A DNA stretch of 64,000 nt from the IMG/VR virus record IMGVR_UViG_3300023202_000249; one strand, 5' to 3'. Below, in pieces: positions 8,999-17,333 of the stretch (the first letter of the stretch is position 1; each line of letters opens with the position of its first letter). The notes beneath the pieces were generated by a model that saw nothing but the letters and a program-made list of their open reading frames with translations, was not told the origin of the DNA and did not search any database. Made by a program: the position numbers and the translations under genes. Origin of the DNA: an uncultured virus (IMG/VR IMGVR_UViG_3300023202_000249). Its lineage: Duplodnaviria > Heunggongvirae > Uroviricota > Caudoviricetes.

Positions 8999-9608
8999 CT
9001 TCATCCAGCAGGATGCCGGCGATCTCGGTGTAGCCGCAACGGCGCGCCAGCTCCAGCGGCGTGCGGCCGCCGGCGTCGCGGGCGTCGACCTCCGCGCCGG
9101 CATCCAGCAGCCGGCGGACGATCTCGGCGTGGCCAAACATAGCCGCCAGGTGCAGCGGCGTGCGGGCGCCGGCGGCGGTGCGGGCGTCGACCGAGGCGAG
9201 GACATCCAGGAGGATGCGCACGATCTCGGTGCGGCCCGTCTTCGCCGCCAGATGCAGCGGCGTGCGGGAGTCGTCCTCGGCGCGGGCGTCGACGACCGCG
9301 CCGGCATCGATCAGCTGGCGGACGATCTTGGCGTGGCCCTCCTCCGCCGCCCAGTGGAGCAGCGTTTGGCCGCCGGCGTCGCGCGCGTCGACGTCCGCGC
9401 CGGCAGCGATCAGCCGGCGGAGCCACTCTATGGCCTCCTCGCAGGCCTCCGCAGTCTGCGCGAGGTCGCGGGCGTCGGTCTCATCGTCATCCTCGATGGC
9501 CTCGCGCAACCCCTGCCGCAGATCGTCGATGTCCACAGACAGGGAATCTACGTCTACGTCTCTGATCGTGATGGCCACATCCCGAGGGCCTGTGACTTCT
9601 ATTTTCAT
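8985..9608 (-). CDS. Ankyrin-repeat protein
   Basis: Four TPLH-type ankyrin units (TLLHWAA, TPLHLAA x2, TPLELAR) with GAxVDAR linkers. Confidence 0.95.
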   Translation of the reverse strand: MKIEVTGPRDVAITIRDVDVDSLSVDIDDLRQGLREAIEDDDETDARDLAQTAEACEEAIEWLRRLIAAGADVDARDAGGQTLLHWAAEEGHAKIVRQLIDAGAVVDARAEDDSRTPLHLAAKTGRTEIVRILLDVLASVDARTAAGARTPLHLAAMFGHAEIVRRLLDAGAEVDARDAGGRTPLELARRCGYTEIAGILLDEGAEA

Positions 9609-9650
9609 GGTTTTCTCCTCTCTCTCGCGGACGCGATTCCAAGACGCCGC

Positions 9651-10262
9651 TCAACGGGCGTCGTCCATCGCCCTGTCAATCCCTCGGCGGCGAGCCTCCT
9701 CTATGAGCTGGGCGTCCGACACGGACGCCAGATGCGGATCGGACGGACCGGCCGACCGCCTGAGCTGACGTTCGAGCCGAATGCGGAGGTCCCGCCGGTC
9801 GTCGGGGTCGTCGAGCCACGCGACGACCTGCCCGCCGGCGCGGACGGACGATCGACCGCCGTCCCCGTGGTCGATCAGACCGCGAATGCGGGCGGCCTCC
9901 GCGAGGGCCACGTCCGCCCACTCGACGGACTCGGGCATCCCGGCGAGGGCCTCTTCGACGGCCGCCGCGAGGTCGTCGGCGTGCTCCTCGGGGACGACGG
10001 CCAGGGCGGCCAGGGCGGCCTCGCGCGGCGTGTCGCCTCGCGCGACCCAAGGGCCGTGCGAGTAATCGATTTGAAAGTACCCCTGATTTCCTCCGTACTG
10101 CGCCGCTAGTTCGGCGCGGTACGGACGACCGCGCCGGCAGACGTCGATCTCGCAGGTGATCGACGACTGGAATCCGCCGGGCGGATCGCAGCGCCCAGCG
10201 TCGGCGGATCCGAGGCGGAGGCGCGATATTTTCGGGGTCGTGGTGGTGGTCGTGGTGCTCAT
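9651..10262 (-). CDS. hypothetical protein
   Basis: GAGGAG RBS after the A hairpin; very GC-rich ORF. Confidence 0.75.
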   Translation of the reverse strand: MSTTTTTTTPKISRLRLGSADAGRCDPPGGFQSSITCEIDVCRRGRPYRAELAAQYGGNQGYFQIDYSHGPWVARGDTPREAALAALAVVPEEHADDLAAAVEEALAGMPESVEWADVALAEAARIRGLIDHGDGGRSSVRAGGQVVAWLDDPDDRRDLRIRLERQLRRSAGPSDPHLASVSDAQLIEEARRRGIDRAMDDAR

Positions 10263-10288
10263 GGTTGTCTCCTCTCTCTGGCGCGGGC

Positions 10289-10462
10289 TCATTCCCGCGC
10301 CTTTCCTGCGTTCATGGTTAATGGCAGCCCGCTAACGCGGAAGCATTTTCCGTCCTCTAATCGCTCGACGTCGATTGTGCCCATGCCGTGATGCTCGAGG
10401 ATCCGGCAGCGCTCGACCGACTCGCCGTAGATCTTGATGTAGATGTAGTCACCTGGTTTCAT
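10289..10462 (-). CDS. small hypothetical protein (57 aa)
   Basis: Manual translation MKPGDYIYIKIYGE...GKARE*; stop lies in the A hairpin loop; GGGAG RBS. Confidence 0.65.
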   Translation of the reverse strand: MKPGDYIYIKIYGESVERCRILEHHGMGTIDVERLEDGKCFRVSGLPLTMNAGKARE

Positions 10463-10566
10463 GTCTGTCTCCCTTGCGCGCCCCGATTGGGCGCGCTCTC
10501 TCTCAATGCCCCATTTATAAGCGTGGGGCGCGGCTTATCCCTGGACTGTGCGCATACGCTGCGGGA

Positions 10567-10815
10567 TCACAGCGAGCCGGAACTTACGGCCATAGCGTAG
10601 CGCAGTGCTTCCGCAGCCTTCTCACTTTCATTCGCATCCCCATCCCGCTCTATGCGGGCTAGCTCTCCCAGATCGAGTGCTTCCGCCAATTCTTTGGGAG
10701 TGCTTTGGACAACGTCTCCCTCTGAATCCAGAAAAGCCAGCGTGAATGTTTCGCACGTTCGCAGGCAGAGCGTCCTACCGTCTTTCCCGCGCACCTGTGT
10801 TATCTTTATTTTCAT
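10567..10815 (-). CDS. hypothetical protein
   Basis: MKIKITQ start after an A repeat and GGGAG. Confidence 0.7.
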   Translation of the reverse strand: MKIKITQVRGKDGRTLCLRTCETFTLAFLDSEGDVVQSTPKELAEALDLGELARIERDGDANESEKAAEALRYAMAVSSGSL

Positions 10816-10831
10816 GGTTTTCTCCCTCGTT

Positions 10832-10937
10832 TCGTTCGGCGCGGGCTCATTCCCGCGCTCTCTCACTGCCCCGAGCCCCTGCGCGCCGTCACGCGCGCCA
10901 GGGGCTGGAGTCGACCTTGCCGGGGTCAGGCCTCGGC
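10832..10937 (-). repeat. Leader repeat A, third full copy
   Basis: Identical to 8541-8646. Confidence 0.95.
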
Positions 10938-11126
10938 GCCGGCATCCAGCAGGACACATTTTCGATCCTGAAAGTCTGCCGGTATTCCACAGTCCTGGAA
11001 TGCCTCTACGATCTCGCCTTCGGTCCAGGTGCCTCTCTCTCGGGCGGCGGCCAGGATCTCTGAGGCCGAATGCCCGGCCTCAAGGGCCCGGCGGATACTT
11101 CGACCACCTCGTATTTTCAGTTCCAT
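10926..11126 (-). CDS. Hypothetical protein with an ankyrin-gene-like tail
   Basis: Ends LLDAGAEA*, like 8985-9608 (LLDEGAEA*). Confidence 0.7.
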   Translation of the reverse strand: MELKIRGGRSIRRALEAGHSASEILAAARERGTWTEGEIVEAFQDCGIPADFQDRKCVLLDAGAEA

Positions 11127-11156
11127 GGTTTTCTCCCTCTGCTCTTGGCGCCGGGC

Positions 11157-11744
11157 TCATTCCCGCGCTTTCCCTTCGATCGCTCCAAAATCCCACGATG
11201 CAACGCGCATCTTGCGGGCTAACCCATCATCTCCAGCAATGGCGACTAGTTCGCAGCTGGCTGGAGCGATCCAATATTCGGGTCTGGATTGGTTCCCTAC
11301 GCGCGTTCCGGCGTAGCGCGTATTTTTATACAAAAAACTATGGCAATCGTAATCATAGGCGTACTCAGGTACGCCTTTCAGGACAACGGCTAGCTTTTTG
11401 GCGCGCACAAACTGCGCCGCGCCAATATCGGTAGCACAGATGTGGCCACCGATGTCCATGAAATCATCACGCCAGCCATCATTCAGCACATGTACATAAT
11501 ATCCCACCTCCTTCGGAGCGCGGATACGCGCTCCGCGCATGGCATATTCATCGTACAAAGCGTAAAAATAAAACTCGTCTCCATCGTCATCTTCAATGCA
11601 TATTATTTCAGTACTATACTCGCTTTCATCCGCGCATGGCATAACGTACAGCAACGGGTGCCGTTCCGCCGCTTGGATTACGTACTTCAGCATCCCGGCT
11701 GAAGCTTTCGCGCGAATATATTTTGCTACGTTTTCAATATTCAT
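11157..11744 (-). CDS. hypothetical protein, first gene of the leftward operon
   Basis: Follows the promoter and an A hairpin; ends GKARE* in the next A hairpin. Confidence 0.8.
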   Translation of the reverse strand: MNIENVAKYIRAKASAGMLKYVIQAAERHPLLYVMPCADESEYSTEIICIEDDDGDEFYFYALYDEYAMRGARIRAPKEVGYYVHVLNDGWRDDFMDIGGHICATDIGAAQFVRAKKLAVVLKGVPEYAYDYDCHSFLYKNTRYAGTRVGNQSRPEYWIAPASCELVAIAGDDGLARKMRVASWDFGAIEGKARE

Positions 11745-11812
11745 GGTTTTTTCTCACTCGTTTCGTTCGGCGCGGGCTCATTCCCGCGCTCTCTCTCTAA
11801 CCTTCTTAATCC

Positions 11813-11840
11813 ATAATACAGCATGGATCGGCGGTGTCAA
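11813..11840 (-). promoter_or_regulatory. sigma70-type promoter of the leftward operon
   Basis: TTGACA-16 bp-TATTAT on the minus strand. Confidence 0.7.
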
Positions 11841-11841
11841 C

Positions 11842-12032
11842 TTCAGAAAATGACCATTTTCTGAAATATCTTATAAACCCTTGCCATATAAGGGTTTATA
11901 AGAATGAAGTTTTTATGGCTTCTCATAACTCATCTGCCTGAAAGGGTTTACAAGAATGGCCCATCGGCCCTCGCCTAGGATCTACAGTATAAAATAGGTA
12001 GCCTGGAATAGGTAGCCTAAAAATAGGTAGCC
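11842..12032. promoter_or_regulatory. Two palindromes plus three AATAGGTAGCC direct repeats (operator/iteron-like)
   Basis: ttcagaaaat..attttctgaa; tcttataaaccctt..aagggtttataaga; repeats at 11993, 12007 and 12022. Confidence 0.55.
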
Positions 12033-12506
12033 CGGCGTGGTTTCACCCTCCGTATCACAGCAAATATAATCCGATAGAAAGGTCATGGGGCATCTTAGAG
12101 CAACACTGGGGCGGCGAACTCCTAGATTCAATCGAAAAGACTCTCGGACTGGCCAGAAGCATGACCTATCGCCAAATGCACCCCATTGTCCGATTGGTAA
12201 GAAAGGTCTACAAAAAAGGGGTCCGTGTTGGAAAATCAACAATGAGGAAAATAGAGGAGGCCATTCAAAGAGATCCCAAACTGCCACGATGGTCCATCAC
12301 CATTCCGCCATATACATAAAAAGGAATCTGGGATTTTTGGCAGTCGCCCTCGCTAGAAAACCTCCCGACAGTACAGAACGTCAAATCCATGGCCAGGTGC
12401 GTACTGGGCGCACGCACCTATTTCGTGCTTGACCGCTGCGCTACCTGCTGTAGATTCATACGAGGAGCGGCGCTGGGCGCCGGAAGTGCTGGACCAGGAG
12501 GAATAA

Positions 12507-12664
12507 AGATCAGGGGGGTTCGGGCGTTGGTGCCCGTTCCAGCCTGTTAGCGCAGGAAGGGGCAGTGGCCAATGTCGGCAGTGGCAGTCGCGAATGCCAA
12601 CCGGCAGACCACGAAACGGTGAAAGGCCGTTCCTCGAGGGTTCGATTCCCTCCCCCCCTGATCT
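12507..12664 (+). ncRNA. tRNA-like RNA with an extended acceptor stem and a large internal domain
   Basis: 12-bp stem agatcagggggg/cccccctgatct; D-like arm cgggc-gttggt-gcccg; T arm gaggg-TTCGATT-ccctc. Confidence 0.65.
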
Positions 12665-12895
12665 CAGTAGACTACTGCGGAGCGGAGCATCGGCATGGGT
12701 AAACGTAGTCTGGCTAACGTCCAAGGTCACCGGGCCGCGGCCGATGACCTCGACCTCAATTAAACGCGCCGACCGCGGCTCCGGTGCACCGTTTTGTTCA
12801 CCCATTCTTCGGAGTCTCCCATGTTGTTTCAAGAATCACTATCAATCGCGGACGGTGTACATCGCTGGTGTGCGGCCGCATCCACTGCGGGAGCA

Positions 12896-13297
12896 ATGTT
12901 GCCTGCTTACGTCCAGGATTTTATTCAGCGTCTCGATTGGGACGCGGAAGGCGATGAGCGTGTCGATATGTACGACATCGTCGAGGCCGTCACGGATGCG
13001 TGCCGTGAATGCCAAGAGCAGCACGTCGATGATTGCGATGGGACGTATTTTCCGTGTCCTCGTGGGGTCAGCGTTCATTGCAGCCCGAACGGAGGCGTGG
13101 ACATCGTGTGGGATAGCGATTCCCACAACACAGTGTTGCGATTCGTTGCCGAGTCCCGTGACCGAGCGACGATGGTGGGCGGATTCGCGAATCACGGCAG
13201 CGGTCTGCGTCGGGATTACGTTGTTTTGCTGTGCGAGACAGAGCATGAGGATTCCGACCGGCTCCGCGCGTGCCGTGGCGAGTTGGTATCGGGGTGA
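12896..13297 (+). CDS. hypothetical protein (start uncertain)
   Basis: Part of ORF 12794-13297; GGGAG before ATG 12896. Confidence 0.5.
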   Translation: MLPAYVQDFIQRLDWDAEGDERVDMYDIVEAVTDACRECQEQHVDDCDGTYFPCPRGVSVHCSPNGGVDIVWDSDSHNTVLRFVAESRDRATMVGGFANHGSGLRRDYVVLLCETEHEDSDRLRACRGELVSG

Positions 13298-13299
13298 AC

Positions 13300-13626
13300 A
13301 TGAGAATATACGAACTTCGCGTTGACGGCGTGGACTGCTACTACTCCCTCGGCCTGTCCGCGTCCTTAGAGGCCCTCAAGCAACAAGTTGAGGCAATGGA
13401 CGGCCCGGCGCATGAATACGCACACGGAACAGAGCAGCTGGAAATCTACGCGCGAGAATTAGGAGAGCTGCAGAGCGATTGCGCTGCCCCCGGCGTGCTA
13501 GTCTGCTCTGCCAAACGCTATTCGTATGTGTCGGATGATGACAAACTCAAATGGCGCACTGAGTGGGCGGCTGATGCGGATAACGCCCAAGTTGAGTTTC
13601 AAGAAGGGAGCGAAAACAAGAAATAG
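13300..13626 (+). CDS. hypothetical protein, duplicated in inverted form at 17400-17673
   Basis: MRIYELRVD...KLKWR occurs twice. Confidence 0.75.
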   Translation: MRIYELRVDGVDCYYSLGLSASLEALKQQVEAMDGPAHEYAHGTEQLEIYARELGELQSDCAAPGVLVCSAKRYSYVSDDDKLKWRTEWAADADNAQVEFQEGSENKK

Positions 13627-13655
13627 CTGAAAAAACTTCCTACGGGGTGAGAACA

Positions 13656-13922
13656 ATGATTCAGAGAAAAGTAACCCTGCATGTAGAGCCGACGCCGCAA
13701 GAGTTGGCTTTTGAATTCTCCCAGATGAGCGACAAGAATCAAGCCGTATTCTTCAATGAGTTGGCGCGTCTGGTGGCCGAATGGGAAAAGCCGTTTTGCT
13801 TTCAGTTGCAATACATAACGGATCACCCGGCATTGACCAGTGAAGGCCGCGAAGTGATGCGCCAGATTGGCGAGTACGGCGAAGTGATCTCGCCCAACGC
13901 AGAAAGTGAGGTTTCGGAATGA
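13656..13922 (+). CDS. hypothetical phage protein
   Basis: Ends inside the attC-like site with an ATGA overlap. Confidence 0.75.
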   Translation: MIQRKVTLHVEPTPQELAFEFSQMSDKNQAVFFNELARLVAEWEKPFCFQLQYITDHPALTSEGREVMRQIGEYGEVISPNAESEVSE

Positions 13923-13958
13923 CAGAGCGAAGGCGTTGCCTCCCTCGCCTTGTTCTGT
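13892..13958 (-). other. attC-like site
   Basis: Minus strand ACAGAAC aaggcg...GTTGGGC; imperfect palindrome. Confidence 0.65.
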
Positions 13959-14236
13959 GGACTTGGCAGGGTTGCGGGTATCTGGAGGGCTACGGCTACC
14001 ATCCCGGCTCGGGAAGCATGGCGTTTCTAATCGCCCTTGGTGCCGCTGCTGGCGCGGATGGAGGATGGGCTGGGTCGCTCTTTGGAGCAGGCGCAATGGC
14101 TACAACCTTCGGCTCTCTCTACCTCGTCGGAGCTTACTGTAGAGCGAAGGATTTTCATTCACATAACGACCAAGGTAACCGGGTGCCGGAGAAAGACTAT
14201 GGATTCAGAAACGACGCCGACCGGCACTCCGGTTGA
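13919..14236 (+). CDS. small membrane protein in a cassette
   Basis: Two hydrophobic segments; starts and ends within attC-like sites. Confidence 0.6.
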   Translation: MTERRRCLPRLVLWTWQGCGYLEGYGYHPGSGSMAFLIALGAAAGADGGWAGSLFGAGAMATTFGSLYLVGAYCRAKDFHSHNDQGNRVPEKDYGFRNDADRHSG

Positions 14237-14250
14237 CCGCCTTGTTCGCC
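14161..14250 (-). other. attC-like site
   Basis: Minus strand GGCGAAC aaggcggtCaaccggAgtgccgg...ccggcacccggttaccttggtc GTTATGT. Confidence 0.8.
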
Positions 14251-14654
14251 AGTTTCAGTGCCCGGGGTGCGTCTGCGGGGGAGACACTGACTGCGGCGTT
14301 TACACGTACGACCAGAACGAGCGCCGATGCGTAAGTCATGTTCTTGGGACGATGATCGGGCTGGGCAATTCGATTGCCCTCGGATTACCGAAGGGCTTCC
14401 ACAAGCCAGGTTGGGACAAGGAACGCAAGCGGGCACGCAACAGGATTGACGTGCGGCTGTGGCCGCAGGGCGATCATCCAGAGTGGGACCGCCTGAACGT
14501 CGCTGTGTGGGCGATGGAGCAAGACGGCCACTTGTTCGTTCGCACATTTGCGCCCCGTGTAAACGTGTCGTGGGTGGACGTGATAGAAGGAGGAACGCTT
14601 GCGATGGTTCCAGATGCGATCAACGTGGCCGAGTTTATTGACGAGATTGATTGA
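14199..14654 (+). CDS. Cys-containing hypothetical protein in a cassette
   Basis: GGAG and ATG lie in the attC loop; FQCPGCVCG motif. Confidence 0.75.
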   Translation: MDSETTPTGTPVDRLVRQFQCPGCVCGGDTDCGVYTYDQNERRCVSHVLGTMIGLGNSIALGLPKGFHKPGWDKERKRARNRIDVRLWPQGDHPEWDRLNVAVWAMEQDGHLFVRTFAPRVNVSWVDVIEGGTLAMVPDAINVAEFIDEID

Positions 14655-14657
14655 CCT

Positions 14658-14716
14658 GGCGAACGTTTCGGGTGAGAGTCGCGGTACTCCGCGTACTCTC
14701 GACCCGGTTGTTGGCA
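14658..14716 (-). other. attC-like site (59 bp)
   Basis: Minus strand TGCCAAC aaccgggtCgagagtAcgcgg-agta-ccgcgactctcacccgaaac GTTCGCC, with the two classic extrahelical positions. Confidence 0.85.
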
Positions 14717-14735
14717 GTTCTTTGGAGGACACGGA

Positions 14736-15491
14736 ATGAAGATCGCATACGAAAACGAGAACGTCCAGTTGTGGCACGGCGACTGCCGGGAGTGGTCCGG
14801 TAAGGCCGATGCCGTGCTGACTGATCCGCCATACGGCATTGAAGGCGCACGCGGCACGATCAACCGGGCCCGCAACAAGGGCGGATATGGTGAAGAATGG
14901 CAAGACACGCCGGATTATGTGGCCGACGTGTGCGCCGCCACGGTGCGCCGACTGATTGAGGCATGCGAGGCTGTGGTGTTGACGCCAGGCATCAAAAACA
15001 TGATGTGGTATCCGCAACCGGACAGCTTCGGATGTTTCTACCAACCGGCAGCGGTTGGATTGCAGTCGTTCGGGAACATGGACGCACAACCGATCTTTTA
15101 CTATGGCCGCAACTTGACCGGAAAGAACATGGGGAAGCGATGCAGTTTCACGTTGACCGAGGCACCGGAGAAGAACGGGCACCCGTGCGTCAAGCCGTTG
15201 CAAGCGTGGAAGGTGTTGCTGTGCCAGTTCACGAACGAGGGCGACACCGTGCTGTGCCAGTTCACGAACGAGGGCGACACCGTGCTGTGCCAGTTCACGA
15301 ACGAGGGCGACACCGTGCTTGACCCGTTCTGCGGGAGCGGCACGACGCTGATCGCCGCGCTGGAGACCGGGCGCAAGGCCATCGGCATCGAGATTGACGA
15401 GCGGTGGGTTGACGTAGCGGTGAAACGCCTTGAGCGGTGGCACGCGCAAGGGCGGTTCGACTTTGGTACTGCCAACGAAGAATTATCATAA
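14736..15491 (+). CDS. DNA N6-adenine/N4-cytosine methyltransferase (beta class)
   Basis: TDPPY, HPCVKP, VLDPFCGSGTT, GIEI. Confidence 0.95.
   Translation: MKIAYENENVQLWHGDCREWSGKADAVLTDPPYGIEGARGTINRARNKGGYGEEWQDTPDYVADVCAATVRRLIEACEAVVLTPGIKNMMWYPQPDSFGCFYQPAAVGLQSFGNMDAQPIFYYGRNLTGKNMGKRCSFTLTEAPEKNGHPCVKPLQAWKVLLCQFTNEGDTVLCQFTNEGDTVLCQFTNEGDTVLDPFCGSGTTLIAALETGRKAIGIEIDERWVDVAVKRLERWHAQGRFDFGTANEELS
15217..15319. repeat. 33-bp perfect triple tandem repeat inside the methyltransferase gene
   Basis: LCQFTNEGDTV x3. Confidence 0.95.
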
Positions 15492-15670
15492 TCATCAAGC
15501 AGGGTGATCGACGCTGAGCATTTTATAGACAATCACTCTCGTAAAATAAAGCAACGCGATAAACATCGCCATGTATTGCCAGCTGAATCCCTGCATCGCC
15601 TCGATACCAACGGCGCCCATGTACACGCCGTTAATAAATAGTACCGCTAAAAGAATCAGTTGCTGAATCA

Positions 15671-16042
15671 CTAACATTGCTGTCCCCTCCACTCGGTGTA
15701 AGACTGGTATTGCTGCCACAGCGAATACCACTGGGCGTCCATGTACTGTCGCCAATGGCCCGGGAATGCCTTGGCGACTTCCATGTCATCTGCGAGTGCA
15801 AGCTTGTCCATCGGGACGATCTTGTTGATCTCCTTGGCTACCGCTCGGGCTGTATCGTGGCCGCGTACCACGCCAACGGTTTTCTTGGTTGGAATATGCA
15901 GAATGCATGCGTCTTCGTCGCGGTCCTTGTCGTGCCACCAGGTCAACACGGCGAGAAAGAAGCCGACGTTGCGGCCAATGCCGATCGGTGTGTAAGGCGG
16001 CTCGTCCGATCCAAGCGCGACACTCATCTCGTAAACAGTCAT
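15671..16042 (-). CDS. hypothetical protein
   Basis: GGAG RBS; operon context. Confidence 0.7.
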   Translation of the reverse strand: MTVYEMSVALGSDEPPYTPIGIGRNVGFFLAVLTWWHDKDRDEDACILHIPTKKTVGVVRGHDTARAVAKEINKIVPMDKLALADDMEVAKAFPGHWRQYMDAQWYSLWQQYQSYTEWRGQQC

Positions 16043-16092
16043 CTCAATCTCCAGCCTTAAGGGGCACCTATTCTATCGCCAAAGCGGAAAAC

Positions 16093-16485
16093 TCAAAGAT
16101 GTTTTTGAATGCCCCTCAGATAGCAGAACGATTGAGGTGGGCGTGCCACACAAAATGCGGAAAGGCTAAGGGGAGTCGTGTATCGCTTCGGATGCGCCAC
16201 TTCGATCGCGTATCCCACGTCCCGGTTCTTGAAGTATTCGTCAAAGAAATCCCGCGCTACGCAAGCTCCGTCTCGGGTCCGTTCCCATAGATCGTCTGGG
16301 TGTGCCTCGATGATGCCCTTGACCTCGACCTCCCCTACGACGCGCTTGACCGGGCTCGATGCATAAATTACGACGCGGGTCACACTTCTGTCTCGGAAAA
16401 TCTTGCGTCGCAGCTCGAATCGCTTCTCGCCATCGAGAATTGCTTCGGCATACTCGGGCTTGATGGACAATAAAACGCGGGCCAT
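16093..16485 (-). CDS. ASCH/PUA-domain protein
   Basis: LLSIKPEYAEAILDGEKRFELRR, IYASSP and PPQSFCY are typical of ASCH proteins. Confidence 0.9.
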   Translation of the reverse strand: MARVLLSIKPEYAEAILDGEKRFELRRKIFRDRSVTRVVIYASSPVKRVVGEVEVKGIIEAHPDDLWERTRDGACVARDFFDEYFKNRDVGYAIEVAHPKRYTTPLSLSAFCVARPPQSFCYLRGIQKHL

Positions 16486-16646
16486 GTGCTATCTCCCCTT
16501 CGGCGGGCTTGGACTATGAGATCCGGGGCGCGACTTCCCAAGAGCAACCCTTGCCGAACTCTGCATCTGCGCTTTTCGTAAGTCCTTTCTGCTCATATTT
16601 CTACATCCTGTTTTCTGTTAACCAAATGCCCCTGTTAACCCGTGGG

Positions 16647-17033
16647 TCAAGAGTTCGCAGATTCAAATTTCTCCATAAATTGGCATTTCATTTTTGGGTG
16701 CGCCAGGATGAAGTCCAAAAGACACACTAATTTGCAACGGTAGCCAACTCCTTCTCCTTGGCCTAAGCATGCGTTTGGACCCATGCGGCCACCGTTATCT
16801 TTCCACTTCCAGCCATTAGAGGTACGAAACACCTCACCCAAATAGGTACGCCCGTTTTCTGCAACTTCTGGCGAACGCTTACGATAAATCTTGTGTGTCG
16901 CGCCGCGCTGCACTGAAAGCCACCAATTGCGACCCTCAAGAGCTTTCTTGCGTTCATTCCAACTCATACGCGCAAAGTATCCACGCAACCACAATTCTGG
17001 GCATCGCATTCTATGACTGTTAACCATTTTCAT
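16647..17033 (-). CDS. hypothetical protein
   Basis: ORF with a purine-rich RBS. Confidence 0.6.
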   Translation of the reverse strand: MKMVNSHRMRCPELWLRGYFARMSWNERKKALEGRNWWLSVQRGATHKIYRKRSPEVAENGRTYLGEVFRTSNGWKWKDNGGRMGPNACLGQGEGVGYRCKLVCLLDFILAHPKMKCQFMEKFESANS

Positions 17034-17084
17034 GTTTCTTTCCCCTTCCCGAAGTCGGCGACATTGGTATCCCAGACGACGCGC

Positions 17085-17333
17085 TCAACTTCCGGCATCG
17101 CGGATCTCCTCGATCGCCTCTTCGGCGGGCAGACCATCCGTTAAATCCATTATTCCGCGCCGCTGCGCCTCCTTCAGTCGCTCGAGAAATTCATCGCCCT
17201 GGGGCGTCGGACGTGCAACGGCCCTTTCCGCTTCTCGAACGCACGCATGGCACGCCGACTGATCGCCAGCGTAAAACGCCATGAGTTTGTACGGCTTCCC
17301 ACAAATCGGGCACTTCACAGTTTTATCCAACAT
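17085..17333 (-). CDS. small Zn-finger-like protein
   Basis: CPIC...CHAC. Confidence 0.65.
   Translation of the reverse strand: MLDKTVKCPICGKPYKLMAFYAGDQSACHACVREAERAVARPTPQGDEFLERLKEAQRRGIMDLTDGLPAEEAIEEIRDAGS

Noticed and set aside
1..9608. Diversity-generating retroelement (template/variable repeat pairs among the duplications)
   Set aside because: No reverse transcriptase seen, and the differences between repeats are not adenine-specific
8853..10109. 418-aa plus-strand ORF
   Set aside because: Antisense shadow of GC-rich minus-strand genes that have clear motifs and RBSs
8541..11795. CRISPR array formed by repeat A
   Set aside because: Spacing is hundreds of bp and irregular, and the intervals are whole genes rather than spacers
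12507..12664. tRNA-Sec or tmRNA
   Set aside because: No UCA anticodon loop, no CCA end and no tag reading frame; kept only as tRNA-like
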